Assembly (NCBI GenBank): GCA_951406725.2
Contig: OX597818.1
Span: forward strand, 87,730,001 to 87,794,000
Length of the DNA: 64,000 nucleotides
Reading direction: 5' to 3'
DNA from: Octopus vulgaris
Taxonomy: Eukaryota
Shown here: positions 42,305 to 55,364 of the stretch, piece after piece
How positions within the stretch are numbered: the stretch's first letter is position 1
Layout: every line of letters begins with the position of its first letter
Notes under the pieces: model-generated
Told to the model about the DNA's origin: nothing
Databases searched by the model: none
What the model saw: only the letters and a program-made list of their open reading frames with translations
Position numbers and translations under genes: made by a program

Positions 42305-43565
42305 AAGACGGTGAGCTTGCGGACTCGTTAGCACACCGGGTAAAATGCTCAGCGGCATTTCGTCTCTCTTTACGTTCTAAGTTCAAATTCCGCCAAGGTC
42401 GAGTTAGCCTTTTATCTTTTCGGGGTGGATAAAATAAATACTAGTCGAGCACTTGGGTCGATGTAATCGACTTACCTTAGCCCCGAACTTGCTGGCCTTG
42501 CGCCAAAATTTGAAACTATTATAAATGCAGCGAGCTAACAGAATCATTAGCGCGTCGGGCAAAATGCTCACCAGTATTTCGTCTGTTCTTACGTTCTGAC
42601 TTCAAATCACACCGAGTCGACCTTGCCTTTCTTCTCTTCGGGGTGGATAAAATCAGTTCCAGTTGAGCACTGGGGGTGATGTAATGGACTAGCTCCACCA
42701 ACCCTATTTCAGGACTTCTGCTTCTAGAAGAAAGAATTATTATACGGTACTACAGGCGGCGAGTTGGCAGAATCGTTTGCCTGCTGGACAAAATGCTTAA
42801 CGGCATTTCGTCTTCCTGTACGTTCTGGGGTTCAAATTCAGCCGAGGTCGACTTTGTCTTTCATCCTTTAGTCAAGTACTAATATCGATGTAATCGACTT
42901 TCTTCATCACCCCGTCCAAAATTTCAGGCCTTGTGAAGGCGGCGATCTGGCAGAACTATTAGTGCGCCGGGCAAAATGTTTAGGGGTGTTACGATCTGAG
43001 TTCGAATTTTACCGAGGTCAACTTTGACTTTCATCATTTCGAGGTCGATAAAATAAGTACCTGTTGAGCGCTGCAGTTGATGTTGTCGACAAGCCCCCCC
43101 CCTCGCCACATTACTAAATCAGTGAGGTGGCAGAATCGTTAGAACGACGGGAAAAATATGCCATGAAGTATTTATTTCAGTTCTGAGTTCAAATATGACC
43201 GATGTCTACTTCGTCTTTCATCCTTTTGAGGTCTGTCAATTATCAGTCAAGTACTTAGGTCAATAGCATCAACAGACTACCTTTTCTCAATATTACTTGT
43301 CTGTGAAGGTGGCGGTTGGGCGAAACCATTAGCGCACCGGGAAAAATGTTTAGGGGCATTTCGTCAGTCTTTACGATCTGAGTTCGAACTTTGCCGAGGT
43401 CGACTTTGCCTTTCATCATTTCAAGGTCGATAAAATAAGTACCTGTTGAACGCTGGAGTTGATGTAGCTGACATACTCTCCCCTCCACAAAAAAAGTTGC
43501 TGGCCTTATGCCAATGTTTGAAACCAATATTGCTGACCTTTTGCTTAAATTTGAAGCCATTATTA
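42305..43565 (+). mobile_element. Head-to-tail array of six diverged SINE A copies
   Basis: Heads near 42305, 42525, 42754, 42937, 43123, 43306, each with GTTCRAAT B box and TCGATAAAATAAGTAC-like core. Confidence 0.85.
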
Positions 43566-44789
43566 TCGAATTATATTATTATAAAATTTCAGGACTTGTA
43601 CCTATAATAAAAAGGATTAACATAGAATGCTGATTACAGCTACCAGTGTAATGGAAGTTATCTATTGCTAGATAGACTTAGTCTTGTGAGTCTTATGAGT
43701 GACGGACACAAAGAGAAAGAGAGAGAAGGGAGCGGTAGAAGAGAGAAGGATTAGCACAAGGTAAAATGAAGACAGCGCAAGGTGGTAAGGCTACAATCAA
43801 TTGAATCCACTATTACTGCTATTTATTTTATCTCCCAAAAAAAGGAGAGTAAAGTTGATCCCCATTGTATCTAAATAAAGAACGTCAATTGCTGTCTCTG
43901 GTTGGCGATGGTCCATCATTGACAGGACCAAGGAAAGTCGAAATCACGTGATCTGATGGTCTCTGCGCTGGAGATGGCGGGGATGTAAAGACCCCAGTAC
44001 TGGTTGTCAAGCGGTGATAAGTACAAAAGATCTTTCCTGTTTAGCTGCCACTTTTCAACTTTTTCAATTTTTGTTCTAATTGATTTCATGTTTTATGTAA
44101 TGATATAGTTTTGTATTGTAATTATTGATATGAAATTCATTTTTGCCATAAACCAATAGATAAAGAGTTAATAGCTTTTAAAGTTTGCAAATTTTGGATA
44201 ATTTTAACCAATCGAAAGCCACAGACATACATGTGCCTGTTTCCATAGTAACTAGCCAAACTGTAACCAAGCTGCTTACACAGGAGGTATGAGATGATCG
44301 CAAGATGTGCTAAAAAATAATAGCTAAATAGTCCTTAAATCACGCACGAATTTCTTTCCTTTTTTTTTTTTTTGCATAATCTTATAAATTCTCGTGTGTA
44401 GAATACAAATTCACAAAAAATTCTCTGAAAATTTCAAAAAATAAATAACTTATGAGGGGATTATATAGCATACGTATAGCAGAATCCCAATAATATTTCA
44501 TTTGATTACAGCTAACAACATATGCTGTCACGCACAGAATGACAGCTTCCAAATCCTGTGTACTGACTGGGTAAAAATGAGCTAAATTTAAACCTCTGTA
44601 ACTTTCTTTACCAATTTTTCTGAGAAAATTAAAATACATCCTGAGATTCAGCGTGGAGATTTACTTTAATAGACCCAAATTTAAAAATTTTCACTAAATC
44701 TAAAAATTTCCTCAGCTGCAGCCAAAGAGAAGAGTTCCGGTACAAACATAGGCACAAACACACATGTACACACATACACGCACGCACAC

Positions 44790-44862
<73 letters not shown>

Positions 44863-44997
44863 CACACACCTCGTTGCCATTATGCTAAAGTATCGTAAGT
44901 CCAAACGTTGCTTTTTCAGAAAACACCATTCCATATCAAAACCGTTGCACTACACTATGACAATATTTGATTATCTGAAGCAGCTGAAGATAGCAAC

Positions 44998-45068
<71 letters not shown>

Positions 45069-45084
45069 CTTAAAAATGTGACTG

Positions 45085-45285
45085 CGTGTGTACCGTTGGC
45101 GATTTTTTTCCTCTGTCCTCCCTTCTCTGGATCTTTCCTTCTCCTACGTTTCTGACGAAGAGCTCTGCTCGAAACGTTAAACCCTCCTTCTTTCCTTCTT
45201 TCCTAAGCGTCCAATAATACTATATTTGTTCCACGTCCTCGCGTTGTTGTGTTTTTTGGTGCTTTCTTGTTTGGATTAACTGTAT
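45085..45285 (+). mobile_element. Penelope pLTR-like fragment between (TA)n tracts
   Basis: Contains hammerhead at 45148; homologous to 20220-20420. Confidence 0.65.
45148..45182 (+). ncRNA. Minimal type I hammerhead ribozyme
   Basis: GTTT CTGACGA A GAGC-TCT-GCTC GAAA CG TT AAAC; palindromic ACGT helix III typical of dimer-dependent PLE hammerheads. Confidence 0.75.
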
Positions 45286-46307
45286 ATATATATATATTAT
45301 ATTATATTATATTATATTATATTATATATATGAGGTGGTTCTTTCAATTTCTGTAAACAAAATCCACTCACAAGGTTTTGGTCGGCCCGACGCTATATTA
45401 GAAAGCACAAGGCGGCGAGCTGGCAGAATCGTTAGCACGCTGGGCGAAATGCTTCGCAGTATTTCGTCTGTCGATACGTTCTGAGTTCAATTTCTGAGTT
45501 TCGCTGAGGGCGACTTTGCTTTTCATCCTATCGGAGTCGATAAATTAAGTACTATCTCTCCTTTCTCACTTGTGGGTGAGAAATTGAGTTATCTTGAACA
45601 TGTGTTAAATTTCTTAAACACTTTTGCATGTTTATGTAGGCATCTTAAGGCCTCTTCAGCCCGCTATGGAGTGATTTGTATCTCGATGTAAAGGTTTGGT
45701 ACATTTCTTCTATTCATAACTTACATCTATTTCCACCTGTTCCATACGATTTAGCCCTACTATTTATCTCTCACTCTGTCATAAAGCTATGGTTCTTGTC
45801 TTGCGCTCTTCATTTTATTTCTATCTCCAAATGAATTTAAATGATTTGCTAGTCTTTTGTTGAAAGTTAGCGAGCTAGATCCTATATAGCAGTACGTCCT
45901 TCCCTCAGATATGACCATGTATCGATACACTACGTTCATTGTCAAACATGTAGAGTTTAAGGAGCATACTTTATTGCTAGCGCAATTACAGAGACCTAAT
46001 TATTTGTTCATATTATCTATTGTATTGTTGTTCCTGCTACATGTTTCTGCTGTCCTCATTCCTACCGATCTACTATATTTCCTAAGCTTTCTATCCATAG
46101 GTCTTTGTGGGCTTCTATTTCTAGCGATTTCCAGAAAATTATGCCCAGTTGCATACATAATTGGCAATATTCTGTACAGATAAAATACGTGCAGGTCGTC
46201 GTAACCCTAAAAATATGCTACTTGACATTGTAAAATAAAATAAGATAAACGGGGAGGATGCATCAGACGCCATATTCCCTATTGTTCCGATTGTTTCTTT
46301 ACACACA

Positions 46308-46352
<45 letters not shown>

Positions 46353-46860
46353 GCATATATATATGCATGTATATGTGTATATACTTATGTTTGTATGCAC
46401 ATGCGAGTGCCTGTATATCGACTAAAAACGCTTCAAGAATGTGCCCCAGCATGGTGGCAGTCTAATGGCTTGAACAAGTGAAAGAATAACACAAAAAAGA
46501 TTATATTCTGTGGCGTCATACGGTGGTTTTGTTAATCAAAATATTATTTTTGTTTGGTTAATTAATGCATTTTAATCAATATTGTTTAGTGTAATTACGT
46601 GCGAACCAATAAATTTGTAAAATTAAAGTTTTTAGTACTATGGTCATTATAGATGTGATTTCACATTCCTACTTCAGATGATCTTAAGACCTGCTAGAAA
46701 CAAGTAAAACCTCTTTCAAATTACGTCGTACCACTTTAAGTAGGGAAGGACACATTAGATAACGATGTCGTCGTAAATATTTTAGATATTATAGATATGT
46801 GATATATATATATATGTGATATAACATATATATATATATATTATAGATATATGTTATATC

Positions 46861-46921
<61 letters not shown>

Positions 46922-46933
46922 TATAGATATATG

Positions 46934-46970
<37 letters not shown>

Positions 46971-47037
46971 CTATAGATATATGGTGTGTATATATATATA
47001 TGGTATATATGATATATGTTTATATATAAATACATAC

Positions 47038-47100
<63 letters not shown>

Positions 47101-47648
47101 TGTGTGTGTGTGTAGATGGTTGAAAAGGAACAAATGAGTTGATATGTATATATATACACAAACACATACATACATATATATACATATATGTATATATATA
47201 TATAATATGTATATATATATATATATATACAGAAATATATATATATATATCTACCTCTATGTGTCCATATATATATATATATATATATATGACCTATTAG
47301 CCAGTTTAACAGGGGATCTGGTAGCTAGGGATATATGTAGCCTGGATTTCATCTGCTCCACTCAATTTGGATTTTTATTCGCAGTCATAGCAACTCATCT
47401 TGCTAAACCATGAGCAATAAAAAGTCTTTTTTCAGCTTATAGAACTTCAATATGGGAAAAGCTTATAACTTTCGAGGTCAATAAACTATTAGTGACTGAA
47501 CGTTGTTTTTTTTTATCTACCACAGACTGCTCAAATCTTACAAACCTCCTACACTTAAATCCTTGGATCTTATAATTATCCCCCCCGCCTACACACATAC
47601 ACACACACGCACGCACACACACACATACACATATGCATATACATATAC

Positions 47649-47708
<60 letters not shown>

Positions 47709-47859
47709 GGCGTGTTCTTTCAGTTTCCGTCTAACAGTTCTATTCATATGAATGTGGTCAACTTACGGTCTTAGTTGAAGACGTTTGCAAGGTGCTATGT
47801 GGTTGGGAAACAAACTTCTCAACACACACATATACATGTATATTGTATGTATGTGTGTG

Positions 47860-47951
<92 letters not shown>

Positions 47952-48217
47952 GTAGTAATAATAATAATAATAATAGTAATTATTATTTGAGGGAATATTA
48001 ATCCTAACTTACAGGGAAAACATTCAATTTCTCTGTGTATCTTTCTGTTGAAGAGCGTAGGCTCGAAACGTTAAAGACTTGTTTTATTTATATTTCCTGA
48101 GCGCCATACTAATACAATTGTTTGTTTGTATTCCACCTGCCTTCGTCTTTTGTTTATTTCCGTAAACCTGCCTTCGTCTTTTGTCTATTTTCATAAAGCT
48201 TCCCGTTATATATATAT

Positions 48218-49068
48218 GCCACCCACGACACACTAGAATTAATGTCCCTTTTTGTTTAGCTAGAAGGATTTGCACCATAATATCAGACACAAACACCCGA
48301 CACACACGTCTCCAGGAACTTAGAACCACACTCACAAATAGAAACTATCCACAGCCCCTAATAGACAGTGCAATCCAACGGGTACTTAAATTAAGTATAG
48401 AAGACCTGAGACAAACAAAACCAAAAAAGAAAGAACAATTAAAAACCCTTCCCTACATCTCTACACACAACCCACTCAACAATGAGGCCTTCAACACCAT
48501 ACTACAAAGCACAGCCCTACTAAAGGGAGACCCAAAGATGAACCGGATCCTCGAAACACACACCATCATTAAAAGTAAACGGCAACCAAAATCCTTGAAA
48601 AGGATTTTAACCCAAGCTACACTGCACTCAACATCAACCACAAAACCAGCAGTTAGAAAATGTGGAAGGCCCAACTGCAGAATCTGTGTCATCTTGAAAG
48701 AAGGATCAGAATTTATACTGGAACAAGGCCACCAGTTCACCATTAGAACAAACTTCATCTGCGCATCAGAAAACTTAATTTACGTCATAACATGCGCAGG
48801 CTGCAATAGGCAGTATATAGGCCATACAAAAAATAGCTTACGTAACAGGATGGCGGTGCATAAATCACAAATTAGAAACCCTGATTACCGCAAAATACCG
48901 GTCAGCGGACACATAGATAGATGTGCTGGAAATGTAAATCCGAAATTTACAACTAACCCGCTCTATAAATTCAGTGACAACGCAACCTTCACACAACGCC
49001 AAAATAAAGAACTATATTTCATAAAAACATTTAGACCATGTTTAAACACCCTGGGCCAGGAATACTAA
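48218..49068 (+). pseudogene. PLE polyprotein C-terminus: RT thumb, Zn linker and GIY-YIG endonuclease (open frame, lacks RT core)
   Basis: CHPRHTR..P..LARRI..I.S, LTNRNYP, LPYISTHNP, CGRPNCRIC, LIYVITCAGCNRQYIGHT, RNRMAVH, ELYFIKTF. Confidence 0.92.
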
Positions 49069-49231
49069 AACAAAAGATAAGTCCTCCGAAAAGGAGAAGC
49101 AAAATTCCACCACGGCTGCTACCTTAAACAGACACTCGCTCTGACGGAAATATGCCTTAGTAAAAAAGGACAAAAATTCTTTCGTGCAAATCTGACCCTG
49201 ATACATACGATACAGCTAAGGGTCAGACCCG

Positions 49232-49684
49232 ATTCTGATTGGTCAACAAGTTGATGACGTCTAGTTCTGCTAGAATGGACAGGATACAAACAGGGGACAG
49301 TCATTAGTCAGAATATTGATGACGTCCTTTTCTGCTTGACTAGTCACCTAACAAGTACAGACAGGGGGCAGATCTAATGTAGCTATAAGTCGTGATTGGG
49401 CAGAATCTGGATGATGTCCCGTTCTGCTTGACTAACGAAGCGATTGGTCAAAACAGGAAATAGACAAGAGGCAGTTATAATGCAGCGATTGGTCAAAATG
49501 ATGATGACGTCCCGTTCTGCTTGACTAAAGCCACCTAACGAAACGATTGGTCAAAACGTTGATGACGTCACGCTACGCTGGACTGACCACCTAACAGGCA
49601 TTATAAAACCGAGCACTTCACAAGACTCACTAGAACCACCCAGCGAACACCCACCATGGGTCATCACAATTGCTTAAGGTAAAA
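49232..49684 (+). promoter_or_regulatory. Putative pLTR Pol II promoter: repeated ATTGG-N12-TGACGT modules, TATA, Inr, ATG, splice donor
   Basis: Five modules 49238-49570, TATAAAA 49602, TCACT 49627, CCACCATGG 49651, AG|GTAAAA 49679. Confidence 0.55.
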
Positions 49685-50223
49685 ATGAATTCCTCGCTCT
49701 CTCGGAAACATCAATCTTCTGTATTGACTGCTTTCCACCACTTTGATCTGTTTTTTGTGTTGAATACGTATCGCCACCGTGGGCCACTGCATCGAACACT
49801 TTGAACATATAGCATGAATGAACTTACTTCAAACTATATATCAACTATACATGAACTCTAAGATGTCTGACTCCGTTGTGTATTATAAATGAATTTCTTG
49901 TGTTTGACGGCATGAGCTGTCTTTTTTTATATATAACTTTTTTTGATAAGGTTCATTTCAGGAACTGAAACATGTTATAATGTATATATAAAAATTAAAA
50001 ATTGTATAATATAGCAGCATTTTCGAACTTCATTTTTTACAAATATATATAATTGTTTGTTTGTATTCCACCTGCCTTCGTCTTTTGTTTATTTCCGTAA
50101 ACCTGCCTTCGTCTTTTGTCTATTTTCATAAAGCTTCCCGTTATATATATATGCCACCCACGACACACTAGAATGAATGTCCCTTTTTGTTTATATATAT
50201 ATATATATACACACATACACATA

Positions 50224-51020
50224 CCGGGTGCGGTGAATAAATTGTCGTCTAAATTATGCAAAAATGAAAATAACACTGACCAAAACTACATAAAAACATC
50301 TTGAAATACTAAAGAGAAAATTTATTCAATAAAGTTGCCATTGGCATCAACAACAGCCTCCAAACAATTTCGGAATCTCCTGCAACTCTTCTAGACGGTC
50401 TTCTTGTTTAAGTTGGTGAATGCTGCCGTAACCCTTGCCTGCTGATCATCTTCATTGTTACAAGGAGTTTTGTTGGTCTCTCGGTCAAATACGCTCCCCC
50501 CCCACACATAATAATCAAGGGTGTGCAGTCTGGGAGTTAGATGATCAGATGTTAAGGGTGATGAGGTCGCAGAAATTGTCTGACAGGAATAATGCAAATT
50601 CCTTTCAGCTGCCACCCTCTTCACTCAGGGCAGCACTACCTCCTCCAGGTATTTGTTGTAGGCCTCCGTGTTGAGTCTGAGGCTGTGTAGGAAGATGAAT
50701 GGAGTCATAACGTCACATCAGTAGTCATCGCTCCAAATGCCATGATGTTGACTGGATGTTTGATTTTTATCACTCTCGGTACATGTTCTCAGATTGCACT
50801 CTTCTCAGATTGACACCCAATCACTCTGAAATGTTCATATAGTGTGAATGCCAAGCAGTACAGCATGTCGTTTCCAAATTTCTGGTAGAGTGAATTGTGT
50901 CATTGTGCTGTTCTCTCACAGACGGTACCCAACTGACCCTACAATAATGTGTAGTCCACAAAATCAAGAACAAACAAGGCTCATGTGCGAAATTAAAAAT
51001 ATAGAATGGCAACAATTACA
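50224..51020 (-). mobile_element. Internally deleted Tc1/mariner-superfamily transposon
   Basis: TA-CCGGGTG terminus; minus strand LDYYVWG..ETNKTPCN..AAFTNLNK..CRRFRNCLEAVVDANGNFIE. Confidence 0.8.
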
Positions 51021-51769
51021 CACATACACACACACACACACACACACGTGCACACACATACATACACACACACACACGTGCACACACACACACACACATG
51101 TGCACACACACACACCCACACACATATATATATATATAAGAAATTGTTTTTTCTTTCGAAAACAATTCCTTTTACACAATTGCTTGAAAGTGCTCAGATC
51201 GAACCCGAAACGCTAGACATTATATAACCTGGTTTAAGAAGAGAGAAAATTTAGATAATCATCCTATAGTTTTGATTTACATCAACGAACATACCAGTAT
51301 GTTATTTAGAATAGAAACAGGGAATACATGAGGTAAAAATATACCTGAAAAGGATAATTAAATAAAGAGTGATATATTGATTAAAAATCATATTAAATTT
51401 AAGATTAAAAATGTTGAATCAAGAATTAAAAGTTGTAAGATACATCGACGGCAGTGAGAAATCTAATGATGGATTTAAAAGTCAGGGAAATGATAAGAAT
51501 AAATAGAAAGATTTCTTTCAACACGTTAATACTGAAGAGTATATATATAAAGGATAAAATATTTTAAGAGAAAAGTTTTTCTACTTACGTGTTGAAAAAA
51601 AAATTCCTGCTTGTTCTGCAATACATTTCAACGCTTCAAAAACAAACATGTTTGTTTACATATGACGTAATCAATAAGAATAAATTTGTTTTAAGAGTTC
51701 TAAGATTCCTAATCATATTATAGGACGATTATCGAAATTTTGTCTCTTCTTAAACAAAGTTATATCACG

Positions 51770-52056
51770 TGATTACGTGACCAACCAGACCATCAGATGT
51801 TGTTACACATCCTGGTCACAATGCGTTCGCATTGTTTTAGCCTTTGAATGACGCCACCCCGGTGGCTAAGTGAGCAGGCCAACAGAAGAAAGAGTGGTGA
51901 AAGAGTACAGCAGGGACCCCCCCCCCTGCCGGAGCGTCGTGGAGCTTTTAGGTGTTTTCGCTCAATAAACACTCACAACGCCCGGTCTGGGAATCGAAAC
52001 CGCGATCCTACGACCGCGAGTCCGCTGCCCTAACCACTGGGCCATTGCGCCTCCAC
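51770..52056 (-). mobile_element. tRNA-derived SINE family C (Arg-like head)
   Basis: Minus: GGCGCAATGGCCCAGTGGTTAGGGCAGCGGACTCGCGG...GGTTTCGATTCCC. Confidence 0.85.
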
Positions 52057-52085
52057 AAACAAAGCTTATATAATATACATATATA

Positions 52086-52297
52086 CAGGGTGGCCCAAAA
52101 GTAGGTTTACAGTTGTTCAACTATCTGTTTCGTATTCATATATTAACAGTTTAGATCTTAATTATAAAAAAATACGAAAGCATTATTCTTTGCTAATTTG
52201 GTTAATTGTAAGATAGAAATTTAAATGTAATAGAATGTTTTAGAAGAAATTTAAAGTGCCTATGTGATAACTGTAAACCTTCCTTTGGGCTACTCTG
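52086..52297. mobile_element. Tc1/mariner-type MITE
   Basis: ~29-bp imperfect TIRs CAGGGTGGCCCAAAAGTAGGTTTACAGTT / AACTGTAAACCTTCCTTTGGGCTACTCTG, TA on both sides. Confidence 0.88.
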
Positions 52298-53479
52298 TAT
52301 AAATATGTGTGTATTTCTGTTTATCATTTTTTATCTTTCAGTCAAGACGGAAGTCGATGCCCATCACTCGTTACAGATCCTTCGAGACTGGTGAGAGGAG
52401 GGAAGAAGGGCAGTATCCTTAAACCGGACGTTTGGCCTAAATGTTTACAACAGGCTTGACGCTGCTATATAAAAGCGTACAAGGTGTCAGGTGGTGATGT
52501 GAAACTCGGTGACAGGTCAACTTTATCACGCAAGTAGGATATCGCGGGATTTGAACTCCAAATATAAAGAGCTGAAACAAATACTGCAAATGTCCCGGTT
52601 CAACAGACTTACGCTCCCTCTAATCCACCGCCTTGGATCGGTACCCCCCCGCCTATTTTTTTTTTTTACTGAATCCAGAAATAATAAAAGAAAAAGCTGG
52701 TCTCGGTGGGATTTGAACTCAGGACGCAGAGAGACGGAAGAAACACTACAACACTTTCTGACCGGTGCTCTGTATTGAGCTCTCCCGTTAACAGATATAT
52801 GAAAATACATTTTGTAATACATCGATTAATACAAACTGTTGTTTATATAAATATATATCAAAATACATACATTTTGTACTATATATAACCTCAACTCCAG
52901 TGGTACTTATTTTATTGACCTGGAAAGAATGATTGGTAAAGTGGACTTCAAGAAAATTTGAGCTCAGAACTATCTATATATCTGTAAATATGTATGTATG
53001 TATGCATGTATGTGTGTGTATGTATGTATGTATGTATGTATGTATGTATGTATGTATGCATGTATGTATGTATGTATGCATGTATGTATGTATGTATGTA
53101 TGTATGTATGTATGTATGCATGCATGAATGTATGTATGTATGTATGTATGTATGTATGTATGTATGTATGTATGTATGTATGCATGCATGTCTGTATGTA
53201 TGTATGCATGTGTATATGTATATGTTTATATTGTAATTCTTGGCAGTGCGTGATAGCTTAAAAAGAATACTAGAATTTAATACCTTTGTAGGATGCATAT
53301 ATATGAATTACGCAGAAGCCTAAATTAGTAACTCATCTCTGCACAGTTTCGCCATGGAATATCCAAATGATGTGCATTGGATTATTTATATGTATATCAT
53401 AATTTTTTTTTTAAATGATGGAATCATTTGTCATATACACAGAAACCAGAGTGACATAACTTCTAAATTTTCTAGAAAA

Positions 53480-53860
53480 TTAGATTCTTTGGTGGTGGTA
53501 TATAAGTTTATATCCAAGAAGACCAGGATGCAAGGTAACTAATGTTGGTTAAAGAGTGTAATTGAAATGAGATTATATAGCGAAAATAATAAAAATTCTC
53601 AAGGGAAATTAAAGTTCCTAAAATATGTGGTTTTTAGGCAGGAATTGTACAAGACGGGAATCATAATATTTGGCAACATGAAATAACTAGAGTAAGCCAA
53701 AGTAAAGAAAGAAAAATATAACCTATACGAAGAAAATTTAGATTTAAATAATAAAATAAAAAATAAAATAGTCTTGTATGTTAAGAAGGAGAAATCTACC
53801 TGATGGCAATCTTCAAAAGTCTCAAAAGACAACTTGATCGGATGCTCAGGAGATTCGAAG
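53480..53860 (+). pseudogene. Very old CR1/L2-like LINE C-terminal relic
   Basis: EMRLYS and LKRQLDRML resemble L.LYSL and FK..LD.FL motifs. Confidence 0.35.
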
Positions 53861-55050
53861 CTTGCAGGCATTTTGTAAAGCTTATGTTGAAATTTTGACA
53901 TGTCACGAATCCTTAAAACTTACTATATCTCTTCATAGGGGAGGGATATATCAACGAAGATTTTTGAGATGTTGCTTCATAGGGCTCTTTAACTATTATT
54001 TCTAAACTATCACAAGATCATTTCATTTTATTTTATACTTTAGATTTAATTTTCATTCGAATGTATATGCGTGTGCCTGCATGCGCGTGTGTATCTGTGT
54101 ATATTTAACTTGCCTGTATAAGCTACTGTATTATATGTAATTACTTAAAGTATTCGCTCTCTATGGGACATAGGCCATTGATGTATTTTTTCCATTGATC
54201 TTAACTCTGGGCTGTCCTCACCTAGGTCTTCTTGGTTTCGAACTGTCATCGATGCTTCTGTAATTCTGATTTTTTCTACGTCGCTGTGTTGACACTAAAA
54301 AAAATTTACCTCTGTGAAGAGGTGGTTCATATTAGTTTGACCTTTTCCCTTTGACCCGTCCAGCATGGGAAGTGCTAGAAAGAACTTACTCTCCGCTGGC
54401 ATAGCTCTCAGAGTCACTGAAGGACACGATCCACCACATGGCAACAAGGCCCGGACCTTGTTGTGGTTATCATACATACAATGATATCATATGCGTATCA
54501 TTGTACGTGATATGCTTATCACGTGGAAACCTCGACGCGCTGATAGAAATAATAGCTTGACTTGAATGCAGAAGAATATATCTGATGGTATAACTTCCAG
54601 TAAACTATACCTGGATAAAAGAAGAAATTGCCATGTCTATGCCGTCTTTAGTTATTATTTGGGTTGGACAAGGCAGCGAACTGGCAGAATCGTTAGCATG
54701 CTGGGCAAAATGCTTAGCGACATTTTGTCCATCTTTACATTCTGAGTTCAAATGCCACTAGGGTCGACTTTGACTTTCGTTCTTTCAGAGTCTATAAAAT
54801 AGGTACCAGTTCTTTTATTTGTTTCAGTCATTTGAGAACAGCCATGCTGAAGCACCGCCTTTAGTCGAGCAAATCGACCACAGGACTTATTCTTTATAAG
54901 ACTAGTACTTATTATATCGCTCTCTTCTGCCGAACTGCTAAGTTATGGGGGACGTAAACACACCAGCATCGGTTGTCAAGCGATGTTGGGGGGACAAACA
55001 CTGACACACAAACATATACAGACACATATACACATGCATATATATATATA

Positions 55051-55301
55051 TAAGGCAAATAAGAAAATGCAAAGGATAATCAGTCAACAAACATCAGCCT
55101 GTAAACATACATTTGGATCTATGTATTAATTAAATTACAACCAAGGATGGCTGTGAGGTAAGTAGCTTGCTTATGAACCACATGGTTCCGGGTTCATTCC
55201 AACTACTGGCACCTTGGGCAAGTGCCTTCTACCATAACCTCGGGCCGACCAAAGCCTTGTGAGTGGATTTGGTAGACAAAAACTGAAGGAAGCCCGTCAT
55301 A

Positions 55302-55364
<63 letters not shown>

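Larger units (their letters stand above)
48030..50193 (+). mobile_element. Penelope-like element, 5'-truncated, with 143-bp direct repeat and upstream hammerhead variant (48040-48077)
   Basis: GIY-YIG ORF, promoter-like 3' region, repeat 48116-48258 = 50051-50193. Confidence 0.85.

Noticed and set aside
51975-52056. Bona fide tRNA gene
   Set aside because: A and B boxes present but no proper acceptor stem and it continues into a SINE body
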